A program made the translations under genes and the position numbers. From the NCBI GenBank assembly GCA_964604415.1, contig CAZRYT010000002.1, positions 4,059-68,058 on the forward strand: 64,000 nt of DNA, in the 5' to 3' direction. Position 1 is the first letter of the stretch. Every line of letters starts with the position of its first letter. Of the stretch, positions 8,384-16,958 are shown piece by piece. The notes beneath the pieces are model-generated. The model made no database searches. It was not told the DNA's origin and worked only from the letters and a program-made list of their open reading frames with translations. Source of the DNA: an uncultured Candidatus Saccharibacteria bacterium (GTDB lineage Bacteria > Patescibacteriota > Saccharimonadia > Saccharimonadales > CAZJQT01).

Positions 8384-8950
8384 ATGTCAGAATCTAGCTT
8401 TTCATCTGCCGAATTTAAATTACCAACACCGACAGAAGTTGATATTGCCCAATTTCCTTCATGCGTTATAGAGATCTTTGAAGCTGATGACTACAGGGGT
8501 GATACAACGCGTTTGATTTCGGATACGGGTTGGGTATATGAGTTTGATACCGATCGAACCTATGTATTTCCTTTTGAATTTGATTTCCAAGACAACCAGT
8601 TTGACGAAGGAACAGCTGTCATGACAGTGGATGTGGACAATCAAGGAAGAGAAGGGCACGGTTACATATGTTCGAGAATCCATGGGTATCTTATGCCATA
8701 TGTCGGGTTTACCCGGACTGAAGAACGTAAATTACGCGAAGGATTAGGCAAACGTCGCCTTCGAATAATGAACGATCTATCCCTTAAATTATTTGAGATC
8801 CCGCTTAGTTCTAACGCAACTATGGAAGATGAAGCAGTCAGTCTATGGGCTAGCCTGGTAAGAAGCGAAGAAGCTGAAATCGTAGACTGGGACGGGCATT
8901 ACGGACGGTTTCGATTTCTTATAGAGAACGCAACTACATCGACAGATTAG
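8384..8950 (+). CDS. hypothetical protein, possible divergent GNAT-like C-terminal region
   Basis: 188-aa ORF. REGLGKRRL resembles GNAT motif A (R/Q-x-x-G-x-G/A). Its 3' end overlaps tsaD convergently by 17 nt. Confidence 0.45.
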   Translation: MSESSFSSAEFKLPTPTEVDIAQFPSCVIEIFEADDYRGDTTRLISDTGWVYEFDTDRTYVFPFEFDFQDNQFDEGTAVMTVDVDNQGREGHGYICSRIHGYLMPYVGFTRTEERKLREGLGKRRLRIMNDLSLKLFEIPLSSNATMEDEAVSLWASLVRSEEAEIVDWDGHYGRFRFLIENATTSTD

Positions 8951-9995
8951 AGGCGATTTCCAGAGAGTAGGGGTCGGCGGTGGGTTGTTTGAGCATAGCT
9001 TTGTAACAGCCTAAAGTAGCGATCATGGCACCGTTGTCGGTACAGAGTTTGCGGTCGGTATAGCTGATAGGGTAGGGTAATCTATCTGATAATTCCTTGC
9101 GCAGGGCAGAGCTGGCGGCCACACCGCCACCAATAGCCACGCTCTTAGGCTCGAACTCCTCATAAGCCAACAAAGTCTTATCAACAACTGTCTCCATAGC
9201 CACTTTTTGGAAGCTGGCTGCTAAATCGGCCTTTTGTTTGTCGCTGAGAAGCTCTGAGAGGCCACTAGAAGGGAAATCATGGCTTTTACCTGCCAATTCC
9301 TGGGCTTTCCTTAGGACAGCCGTCTTGAGGCCTGAGAAGCTGAAGTCGTATTTACCCTGAAGTTTGGCTTTGGGCAGACTAAAAGCATTTGGGTCACCGT
9401 TTTTGGCAGCGATTTCAATACTTGGGCCGCCAGGGTAGGGCAGGCCAAGGATTTTGGCGACTTTATCAAAGGCTTCACCGATGGCGTCGTCGTGAGTTTG
9501 ACCTAGAAGCTTGTACTTAAAGTGGTCTTGCCAGAGCACCAACTGCGAATGGCCGCCAGAGACAATCAGCCCCAGCATTGGAAACTCTGACTGTTTAGTC
9601 GGCAATTCATAACCGGGCAGGGAAGTCTGCGTTAAAAAGTTCGCGTAAATATGACCCTCAACGTGGTTGATAGCGTAAAGCGGTTTCTGTTTGGTAATAG
9701 CCAAAGTCCGAGCTGTCATAACACCTACTAGCAGGGAACCACCAAGACCGGCGCCATATGTTACAGCAATCCCGTCCAGCTGGTGCCAGCTTGTTTTGGC
9801 TTGGTCCAAAGCTTGATTAATAACCGTCATGATGGCTTCAATGTGACTACGCGCAGCAATTTCAGGTACAACTCCACCGTAAACGGCGTGCAAATCCATA
9901 CTGGAAAAGACAGCATTGCTCAGCAGTTTTTTGCCATCTTCTACCACTGCGGCGGCAGTCTCATCACAACTGGTTTCAATCCCCAAAATACGCAT
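8934..9995 (-). CDS. tsaD: tRNA N6-adenosine threonylcarbamoyltransferase TsaD (Kae1/Gcp family)
   Basis: MRILGIETSCDETAAAVV N-terminus, plus HVEGH and GGGVAAS motifs. Confidence 0.92.
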   Translation of the reverse strand: MRILGIETSCDETAAAVVEDGKKLLSNAVFSSMDLHAVYGGVVPEIAARSHIEAIMTVINQALDQAKTSWHQLDGIAVTYGAGLGGSLLVGVMTARTLAITKQKPLYAINHVEGHIYANFLTQTSLPGYELPTKQSEFPMLGLIVSGGHSQLVLWQDHFKYKLLGQTHDDAIGEAFDKVAKILGLPYPGGPSIEIAAKNGDPNAFSLPKAKLQGKYDFSFSGLKTAVLRKAQELAGKSHDFPSSGLSELLSDKQKADLAASFQKVAMETVVDKTLLAYEEFEPKSVAIGGGVAASSALRKELSDRLPYPISYTDRKLCTDNGAMIATLGCYKAMLKQPTADPYSLEIASNLSM

Positions 9996-10016
9996 GGAAC
10001 TAGTATACTTTAGGTC
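9996..10016. promoter_or_regulatory. 21-bp divergent intergenic region with palindrome AGTATACT giving a TATACT -10 box on each strand
   Basis: The plus-strand TATACT at 10004..10009 is 7 nt before murE ATG 10017. The minus-strand TATACT at 10007..10002 is 6 nt before tsaD ATG 9995. Confidence 0.55.
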
Positions 10017-11315
10017 ATGAGTTTTAAGTCCGCAGTAAAAAAAGTCATGCCACGCAAGGTATTTAAGACAATCGAGCCGGCGGGGCACAAAGCTGAAACC
10101 ATTACCCTGAACACCCTGCATGGTTTTCCGGCAAAAAACCTAAAAGTCATTGGTGTAACGGGGACAAATGGCAAGACCTCAACCTGTTTTTTGATCCATC
10201 GTATGCTGCGCGAAGCCGGCTATAGCGTCGGGCTAATGACCACTGTGGCTTACGGTTCTAATGATGATATTAGGCCGCAAATTCACCACATGACCAATGT
10301 TAGCGTGCCGGAATTCTTGGTGCGGCTTAAGGAAATGAAAGCTCAGGGCGTCGAGTGGCTGGTGCTGGAAACAACCTCACATGCGTTGGCTCAGCACCGG
10401 GTTTGGGGTGTGCCGTACTCGGTTGCCGTCATGACCAATGTGACACACGAACATTTGGCCTACCACGGTACTTTTGCTCGTTATTTGAACGCCAAGAAAA
10501 TGATGTTCACCATTGCTAACCACAATAGAAAAGGTCTGCGCACCGGTGTTATTAACGCCGATGATCCAAATGCGCTGATTTTTGCCAAAGCCATTGAAAA
10601 CCCACTAACCTACGGTATCAAAAAAGGTGATTTGCGAGCCACAAATGTGCAATTAACGCCCAATGGCGTCAGCTACAAAGCCACTTTTGGCGACGTTACC
10701 TATAACATTTCCTGCCAGTTGCCCGGCAGTTTCAATATCTACAACTCTTTGGCGGCTGTAGCTGTGGGTCAGGTAATGGGACTTGCCCCAGAACAGATAG
10801 AAAACGGCATTGCCGTGCTGCAAGGCGTCGAAGGCCGAATGACCAATATTGACGGCGGCCAGGACTTTGACGTCATTGTTGATTATGCCCATACGCCCGA
10901 CAGTTTCGAAAAACTTTTCGCGGATATCAGGCCAATGGTCAAAGGCAAAATCTTTGCGGTTTTTGGTAGTCTTGGCGGTGGTGATAAAGGCAAGCGGCCA
11001 CAACAGGGCCAGATAGCCGGCAAATACGCTGATGAGGTGGTGCTGACACAGGAAGACGACCGGCAGGAAGATCCCGACCAGATCCTAAATGACATCGTGG
11101 TTGGGGCTGAAAAAGCCGGCAAGATCAAAGACAAAGATCTGTTTTTGATTCATGACCGTACCGAAGCCATCAAATTTGCGCTAAGTCGGGCCAAAAAAGA
11201 CGACATGGTTTTACTCCTTGGCAAAGGTCACGAAAAAACTCAAGAGGACGCCAGCGGCGAACACCCTTGGGATGAAATCGCCACAGCCCATGAAATCTTA
11301 ACAAATCTAAAATAA
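10017..11315 (+). CDS. murE: Mur ligase, UDP-N-acetylmuramoyl-tripeptide synthetase (MurE-like)
   Basis: GVTGTNGKTST P-loop, DYAHTPDS, and a C-terminal Mur ligase domain. The N-terminal domain is short. Confidence 0.85.
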   Translation: MSFKSAVKKVMPRKVFKTIEPAGHKAETITLNTLHGFPAKNLKVIGVTGTNGKTSTCFLIHRMLREAGYSVGLMTTVAYGSNDDIRPQIHHMTNVSVPEFLVRLKEMKAQGVEWLVLETTSHALAQHRVWGVPYSVAVMTNVTHEHLAYHGTFARYLNAKKMMFTIANHNRKGLRTGVINADDPNALIFAKAIENPLTYGIKKGDLRATNVQLTPNGVSYKATFGDVTYNISCQLPGSFNIYNSLAAVAVGQVMGLAPEQIENGIAVLQGVEGRMTNIDGGQDFDVIVDYAHTPDSFEKLFADIRPMVKGKIFAVFGSLGGGDKGKRPQQGQIAGKYADEVVLTQEDDRQEDPDQILNDIVVGAEKAGKIKDKDLFLIHDRTEAIKFALSRAKKDDMVLLLGKGHEKTQEDASGEHPWDEIATAHEILTNLK

Positions 11316-11317
11316 TC

Positions 11318-11346
11318 TTGTAAAAAACGCTAAACCATGCTATAGT
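11318..11346 (+). promoter_or_regulatory. promoter TTGTAA-17-TATAGT, 6 nt before ATG 11353
   Basis: Hexamers and spacing were read directly from the sequence. Confidence 0.5.
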
Positions 11347-11352
11347 ATCTGC

Positions 11353-12156
11353 ATGGTTAGTTCTGATGAATCCGTACAATTAAAGCCTCTGTTAACCCCT
11401 GCCGAGCAAATCGAGCACGATTGGGCGGAGCTTAGTCAAATTGGCGACCAGCTAAACGACGCTATTACAGATGAACAATTTGAGGCCATAGCTGACAGAG
11501 AAATGTTTCTAAAGACAAGAATTGACGAACTGACTGCACGCGGCTTTAGGCCAGCCCAAACTATTGTGAAAAACGAAATAAGTATTTATGACGATGAATC
11601 AACAGCCGAATTCGGCTCTGAAATTACTAAAATTCCTGGAGTTGAATCGGTCAAGTTTGTTTCAAAGAATGATAACCATGCGTCTAAAATAAAAGACAAA
11701 GACATGGTTTCTGTTACAGCTTTTACCGAAAAGCACCAAGACAAGGATGGTGGTGTCCCGATTGATTCATTTGAGGTCGTGACCAGGGACGGAATTTCGT
11801 TCAGACTTATTGACGTCAGTGAACATCTATCAGCAAATGCTAGAGAACCTTTTGCCAAAGGAAATCTTCGCGAATTTAAACAAAGGGCATTGAGTGATTT
11901 GGTCAATGAGCTTGTGTTGTTTTCTGCGTCAAACTTTTCGTCCAGTGGCAAAATCCGTACGGTAACTCAACGCAAAGACCTGCGCTATTTACAGGTTGGG
12001 AATAAGCGGGTCTATTTTAAACCTATCAGTATCGAACAATCTGAAAACACTGACGGTGTTGAATCGGTGCGGGCTTTTGTCTATATTGGGAGTTGTCAGA
12101 AGAACATGGAGAGCAATTTGTACATGACTCTTCTGGGCATCAATATGCACATTTAA
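11353..12156 (+). CDS. hypothetical protein; C-terminal stretch resembles a RelE/ParE-type toxin core
   Basis: 267-aa ORF, AT-richer than murE. LRYLQVGNKRVYFKPI...VRAFVYIGSCQKN resembles the RelE/ParE motif (YRLRVGDYRVIY...IGHRKD). Confidence 0.45.
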   Translation: MVSSDESVQLKPLLTPAEQIEHDWAELSQIGDQLNDAITDEQFEAIADREMFLKTRIDELTARGFRPAQTIVKNEISIYDDESTAEFGSEITKIPGVESVKFVSKNDNHASKIKDKDMVSVTAFTEKHQDKDGGVPIDSFEVVTRDGISFRLIDVSEHLSANAREPFAKGNLREFKQRALSDLVNELVLFSASNFSSSGKIRTVTQRKDLRYLQVGNKRVYFKPISIEQSENTDGVESVRAFVYIGSCQKNMESNLYMTLLGINMHI

Positions 12157-12176
12157 TTTGGGATGGAATACAGATA

Positions 12177-12530
12177 ATGCACAACAATAACAATTTGATT
12201 GGCGAACAAATAGACGTAGTGGAACTCTATGGCCAATTAGAAAACGAGAAACACGAAATTGTCGAAGCTGACGTAATGCTTGATCTGCAACGCGTCGGAT
12301 TATGTGCTCTTACAGTGGTAACAAAACAGAGGTATGAAAACTTGATCTTGACTAAGCAGGTAAATGAACTGAACGGGTTAGACAAAGGCATTATCCCAGA
12401 AGAAACCGAAGATACAGCGATGCCCTATGTGGTCAATGAAGATAACATTACACCTCAACTACTTGACGATAAGTTCCTGAATCATACGGTCTGGAAGGGC
12501 TTAGCAGACTGTTTGGTGCCACAAGCGTGA
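12177..12530 (+). CDS. acidic hypothetical protein
   Basis: Start chosen at ATG 12177 (MHNNNNLIGEQ), downstream of the preceding stop codon. The track start, TTG 12093, would overlap the preceding gene by 64 nt. Confidence 0.45.
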   Translation: MHNNNNLIGEQIDVVELYGQLENEKHEIVEADVMLDLQRVGLCALTVVTKQRYENLILTKQVNELNGLDKGIIPEETEDTAMPYVVNEDNITPQLLDDKFLNHTVWKGLADCLVPQA

Positions 12531-12532
12531 AA

Positions 12533-13330
12533 CTAGTTTCTAAGTTCTAGGGTTAGACATTTAACTCCACCGCCTGATTTCTGGAATTCAGTTATTGATG
12601 TTGGCAAAACTGTCATACCGCGCTGTCCATATTGCTTAATCAAGCCATGCGCTCCCTGCGGGATAACAATATTTTTGCCATCACTCATAGCATTCAGCCC
12701 GTAAACCAACGCATCCTCATCTGTTGCTTCAACCACGTTCGGAACTAATTCGTGAATCTTACTTAATGATTCGGCGCTAAAGGCCTTTGGCCAAAGCGCT
12801 ACTGTATCGTTACTAACTATCGTCAAACAGGTGTCCAAATGGTAAAAACGTGGGTCTTTTAGCTCTATAGCTATAACTTTTTTATCAAAAAAATCAGCCA
12901 ATTCATGATGACTGGCTTTATCGCTCCTGAAACCATGGCCAGCAAAAATTAAGTCATTCCAAACTAACGCATCGCCTTCACCTTCAAAATCATTGTGGGG
13001 CAGGAAGATGTCACGGTAGCCGGCGGCTTCAAACCATTGGCGGAAATACTCAGTTTCAGGCTGGCGTTCAGCGTAACGGAAACGGGGTAGGGCGACTTTG
13101 CCATCTATTACCAAGGCGCCATTGGCAGTAAAAACCATATCCGGTAGCTTTTTAATCGGCTCAATCAATTGGACATCCCATCCCAGGGTTTCAGCATAAG
13201 TTTTGTAAAGTTTTTGCCACTGTGTGCCAGCAAGTTTTGTATCTACCTGGTTGCCCTTATCCATCCAAGGGTTGATCTCGTACTCAATATCAAAACACGT
13301 TGGTGCGCACATCAAAATAGTTTTGGGCAT
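12533..13330 (-). CDS. amidinotransferase/DDAH-fold guanidino-group-modifying enzyme
   Basis: MPKTILMCAPTCFDIEYEINPWM N-terminus. The C-terminal GGGVKCLTLEL contains the conserved catalytic Cys context. TATAAT lies 7 nt upstream of the ATG. Confidence 0.7.
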   Translation of the reverse strand: MPKTILMCAPTCFDIEYEINPWMDKGNQVDTKLAGTQWQKLYKTYAETLGWDVQLIEPIKKLPDMVFTANGALVIDGKVALPRFRYAERQPETEYFRQWFEAAGYRDIFLPHNDFEGEGDALVWNDLIFAGHGFRSDKASHHELADFFDKKVIAIELKDPRFYHLDTCLTIVSNDTVALWPKAFSAESLSKIHELVPNVVEATDEDALVYGLNAMSDGKNIVIPQGAHGLIKQYGQRGMTVLPTSITEFQKSGGGVKCLTLELRN

Positions 13331-13357
13331 TAGCGTTATTATAGCAATCAAACTCAC

Positions 13358-13396
13358 TTGACAGAGTAATTAGCACTCGGATATTATGAGTGCCAG
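13358..13396 (+). promoter_or_regulatory. groESL promoter (TTGACA, spacer, TATTAT) overlapping a CIRCE-like inverted repeat
   Basis: TTAGCACTC-N9-GAGTGCCAG at 13370..13396, compared with the CIRCE consensus TTAGCACTC-N9-GAGTGCTAA. The left arm matches 9/9 and the right arm 6/9. Confidence 0.75.
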
Positions 13397-13454
13397 CGGA
13401 TTGGTGATGTTTGCGAGGACTACCAATCCTTTTCTAACCTGTAGGAGGATACCA

Positions 13455-13721
13455 ATGAGCGTACCAATTGCTCCAATGGCCGATTATGTAGTCGCCAAAA
13501 GTGAAGAGGCCGAGACTAAAACGGCCAGCGGATTGTACCTGCCTGACAACGCCCAGGAAAAACCTAAGGTAGCCAAAGTTTTGGCGGTCGGCAAGGACGT
13601 CAAGCAAGTCAAAGCCGGCGATAAGATTATTTATAAAAGTTACTCAACAACAGATGTCAAACTAGGCTCAGACGAGTTTATTCTGGTCAAAGAAGAAGAC
13701 ATCCTAGCGACTGTAAAGTAA
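13455..13721 (+). CDS. groES: co-chaperonin GroES
   Basis: AGGAGG SD. MSVPIAPMADYVVAKSEEAETKTASGLYLPD, typical Cpn10. Confidence 0.93.
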   Translation: MSVPIAPMADYVVAKSEEAETKTASGLYLPDNAQEKPKVAKVLAVGKDVKQVKAGDKIIYKSYSTTDVKLGSDEFILVKEEDILATVK

Positions 13722-13731
13722 GGAGAAACCG

Positions 13732-15384
13732 ATGGCAAAGAAAGTATTTTATGATGATGATGCTAGACGGCGCGTACTAGGCGGAGCCAAGATTTTATAC
13801 GACGCAGTCAAGACTACCATGGGTCCAAAAGGTCGCAATGTAGTTATCAGCAAAACTTACGGCAACCCAACGGTTACTCACGACGGTGTGACCGTAGCTA
13901 AAGGCGTTGAGCTGGAAGATGTAGATGACGAGACGCTGGGCTACAAAGTTGGCGCTGAGCTTATTAAACAAGCTGCCAGCAAAATGAACGATGTGGCAGG
14001 TGATGGCACAACTACAGTTACTGTACTGACTTATCACATCTTGAACGAAGCTAACAAACTCATTGCTGCCGGACATAACCCAATGCAGTTGCGCAAAGGC
14101 CTAGAAGCCGCGGCACACGAAGCCATTTCCAAGCTTAGTAGTTATTCTCAAGACATTAAAAGCGATAAAAAGCGCGTCGCCGAGGTCGCGACTATCAGTG
14201 CCAGCGATCCAGAAATTGGTAATTTGATCGCTGAAGTTATTGATAAAGTCGGCAAAGACGGTGTTGTCACGGTTGAGGAAGGCCAGGGACTGGCTCTAGA
14301 GTCAGAGGTGGTCGAAGGGTTTACCTTTGACCGTGGTTTTGTCAGCGCTTACATGGTGACCGACACCGCCCGCATGGAAGCCGTTGCTGAGAAACCAGCC
14401 ATTGTCATTACCGATAAAAAAATTAGTTCCGTTCAAGAATTCTTGCCGCTATTGGAGAAATTAGCTAATGCTAACAAGAAAGATTTGATCTTGATTGCCG
14501 AAGATGTTGAAGGCGAAGCCCTTGGCACCTTGGTACTGAACAAGCTCAAAGGCGTTTTCAATACGATTGCTATCAAGGCTCCAGCTTTTGGTGACCGCCG
14601 CACAGAGATCCTGGAAGACATTGCTATCCTAACTGGGGCGCAGGTTATAACCGAAGACCGCGGCATGACGTTTGAAAATGTCGAGCTAGACGTAGTTGGT
14701 GGTGCTCGCAAAGTGATCGCCGACAAAGACAACACTACAATCATTGAAGGCGATGGTTCTGCCCGCGATGTTAAAACTCGAATTGGTCAAATTAATGCTC
14801 AGATTACCTCGGCTACCAGCGAATACGACAAAGAAAACCTGGAAAAACGCCGCGCTGCCTTGCAGGGCAAAGTAGCCGTCATCAAGGTCGGTGGTGCCAC
14901 CGAAACAGAGATAGAAGAGAAGAAATTCCGTGTCGACGACGCCGTTGCGGCCGTCAAAGCCGCTTTAGATGAAGGTATCGTAGCTGGCGGCGGTGTCACT
15001 TATGTCGACCTTTCAAAATTAATCAAAATTGATGGTGCTTCTGCCGAATCAGCTGGTGCTAGTTTACTAAAAAACGCTCTACTTGAACCATTCAAGCAGT
15101 TAATGGCTAATGCTGGGCAGAACGCCGAAGCAAAATTGGCAAAAGTCACCGAACAAATCAAACATGGTGTCGGTATCAACGTAAACGAGCCAACCAAACT
15201 TGTTAATCTAAAAGAGGCTGGTATCGTTGACCCAACTAGAGTTGTTAAAGAAGCTATTCAGAACTCAGTCTCAATTGCAGGCACATCCATGACTATGGGC
15301 GCGCTAGTAGTCGACGTTCCTGAACCCAAATCAGCTGCTACGCCGGACATGTCCGGCATGGGCGGCGGCATGGGCATGATGTAG
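13732..15384 (+). CDS. groEL: chaperonin GroEL
   Basis: AKKVFYDDDARRRVLGG N-terminus, DGTTT motif, C-terminal GGM-type tail MSGMGGGMGMM. Confidence 0.97.
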   Translation: MAKKVFYDDDARRRVLGGAKILYDAVKTTMGPKGRNVVISKTYGNPTVTHDGVTVAKGVELEDVDDETLGYKVGAELIKQAASKMNDVAGDGTTTVTVLTYHILNEANKLIAAGHNPMQLRKGLEAAAHEAISKLSSYSQDIKSDKKRVAEVATISASDPEIGNLIAEVIDKVGKDGVVTVEEGQGLALESEVVEGFTFDRGFVSAYMVTDTARMEAVAEKPAIVITDKKISSVQEFLPLLEKLANANKKDLILIAEDVEGEALGTLVLNKLKGVFNTIAIKAPAFGDRRTEILEDIAILTGAQVITEDRGMTFENVELDVVGGARKVIADKDNTTIIEGDGSARDVKTRIGQINAQITSATSEYDKENLEKRRAALQGKVAVIKVGGATETEIEEKKFRVDDAVAAVKAALDEGIVAGGGVTYVDLSKLIKIDGASAESAGASLLKNALLEPFKQLMANAGQNAEAKLAKVTEQIKHGVGINVNEPTKLVNLKEAGIVDPTRVVKEAIQNSVSIAGTSMTMGALVVDVPEPKSAATPDMSGMGGGMGMM

Positions 15385-15388
15385 GACT

Positions 15389-15466
15389 ATGAGGGAGCCG
15401 AGATAGGTTCCACCCACCAGCGCCGGGCAAAAAAATGTGACTTGTGCTCGGGCTACTCCTTACTGA
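15389..15466 (+). repeat. copy A of a two-hairpin intergenic element (also at 56077..56150), possible 3'-UTR structure or bidirectional terminator
   Basis: Copy A shares ATGAGGGA(G/A)CCGAGATAGGTTCC and TCGGGCTACTCCTT(A/C)CTGA blocks with copy B. It starts 5 nt after the groEL stop. Confidence 0.6.
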
Positions 15467-15470
15467 GGAC

Positions 15471-16229
15471 TCATATCACAAGACTAAGTTCCATTGCTAT
15501 GTTTTCCTGAACCGGCTCGACATGTAATTTAACCGGCTCACCTTCGGTGAGTTCTTGCGAAGCAAAGAAAGCCAGACCAAGGCCATTATCACAAAGAGCA
15601 ATTGCCGCCCAGGCTCGTCGGTCAGACTTATCCACTACTTGAGTGTTAGCGGTGGTAGGAAAACACCGAGCAAAGTCTTCAAAATGAGAAAAATATACGT
15701 CTGCATCATGTGTTTCAGGCACAAACACAGAGCCTATGGGCTCGAAAGAAGGAGGAGATAAAATGCGTATGACCTCCCGGGAAATAAATTCTGCCGGGCG
15801 GCTGGGCGCCGGGATAGCTTGGCTACCCTTCGTGACCTTGTTAAATTCCTTCACCACCCCATCCCATTGATCTCCAAAAGTACTGAATCCGCGGTGTGGT
15901 TTGGGATCTCCACTTACTTCTGCTAAAAGATCGTTCCACGGGTCAAACCATTTGCTAATATGATCAGCGTTTCTCAGTATTTTTAGAGCCTCATCATTCT
16001 GTAGTAAATCTGAAACGGCAGCGAGTAAGTGGGCTTCGGCAGCTTTGGCACGAATATCACTGGCATCCATGATTGTCCATAATGCAGTCTGCATCATGGG
16101 ATCCCCAAGCTTATCACCCCACTTCTCTAGTAGGTGAGGGTGGTCAGCTACTAACCGATCCGCCACCATTTCTCTGAAAGTCCGGTTATCAATCACTTCA
16201 TTGAATGCAAACATCGGTTGATTTTCCAT
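15471..16229 (-). CDS. hypothetical protein
   Basis: 252-aa ORF with an AAGGAG SD. No motif recognised. Confidence 0.6.
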   Translation of the reverse strand: MENQPMFAFNEVIDNRTFREMVADRLVADHPHLLEKWGDKLGDPMMQTALWTIMDASDIRAKAAEAHLLAAVSDLLQNDEALKILRNADHISKWFDPWNDLLAEVSGDPKPHRGFSTFGDQWDGVVKEFNKVTKGSQAIPAPSRPAEFISREVIRILSPPSFEPIGSVFVPETHDADVYFSHFEDFARCFPTTANTQVVDKSDRRAWAAIALCDNGLGLAFFASQELTEGEPVKLHVEPVQENIAMELSLVI

Positions 16230-16301
16230 GAAGACTCCTTAATTTAACTAACTGCAGCATAGTAGACAATCTTCTAATATAGAGTAAATTATTATGTAAT
16301 A

Positions 16302-16330
16302 TTGACAAATATCTAACACTTTGTTAAATT
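16302..16330 (+). promoter_or_regulatory. promoter TTGACA-17-TAAATT, 6 nt before ATG 16337
   Basis: Hexamers and spacing were read directly from the sequence. Confidence 0.5.
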
Positions 16331-16336
16331 ATTAAC

Positions 16337-16954
16337 ATGATTACACTACGTTCTCTTGTTGAAGCTGAACTTAGCAAACAACCGGACATACTTTACTGGC
16401 TACAAGAAGATCTGATTAATGTAACGAGTTTGGCGCGTTATCTAAAACCTACGATTCAAGAACAACATGGCGAGATCGTGGATTTGGGAACAATTAGTAT
16501 GGCTATTCGCCGGTTACTGGCCAATAAAAAACAATCTCTAAACAAAGGTATTCGCGCTCCCAATGCCAAAAATATTCAGATACAACTTGATGTGACTATT
16601 TTGACGTTTGAGAAAGGAAAGCCATTACAGCTGGCAAAAGGAGAGAAATATCGTTTTTTTAGTTTTGCTCAGGGGCGTAGCGAGTCGATGCTTGCTATAA
16701 GTCAAGAAGACGCGTCACGCTTCAAGAAGGATGCCACACGGATTCAAAATAGTATGGCCGCCCTAACAGTTACGCTAAATAACGAATCGAGTAAAACCAT
16801 CGGGGCATATGGCTACATCGTACTGCTACTAGCGGTCGCGGGTATTCCGCTGGCTGAGGTGGTGACACTTCACGATGATATAACTGTATTGATTGCTGAT
16901 CAGCATGTTGACACTGCATTTCAAATTTTGCGACAGGCTCTAAAGAGTTCATGA
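16337..16954 (+). CDS. hypothetical protein, possible C-terminal ACT-like domain
   Basis: 205-aa ORF. GAYGYIVLLLAVAGIPLAEVVTLHDDITVLIADQHVDTAFQILRQAL resembles the ACT domain of aspartokinase-type proteins. Confidence 0.45.
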   Translation: MITLRSLVEAELSKQPDILYWLQEDLINVTSLARYLKPTIQEQHGEIVDLGTISMAIRRLLANKKQSLNKGIRAPNAKNIQIQLDVTILTFEKGKPLQLAKGEKYRFFSFAQGRSESMLAISQEDASRFKKDATRIQNSMAALTVTLNNESSKTIGAYGYIVLLLAVAGIPLAEVVTLHDDITVLIADQHVDTAFQILRQALKSS

Positions 16955-16958
16955 ATCG

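Noticed and set aside
12093-12156. The 64-nt overlap of ORFs 11353..12156 and 12093..12530 as a frameshifted pseudogene or programmed frameshift
   Set aside because: There is no slippery heptamer or homopolymer at the junction. The first ORF ends right after a complete RelE-like motif, and an in-frame ATG at 12177 gives a non-overlapping second gene. A sequencing-error frameshift cannot be fully excluded.
13795-15197. Antisense ORFs inside groEL, and similar shadow ORFs inside valS, tsaD, murE, dnaG, rpoD, polA, pnp, rnj, ftsK and others
   Set aside because: They lie entirely within strongly supported conserved genes on the other strand or frame. Their composition is Ser/Arg/Pro-skewed and low in complexity, and they have no SD or promoter.
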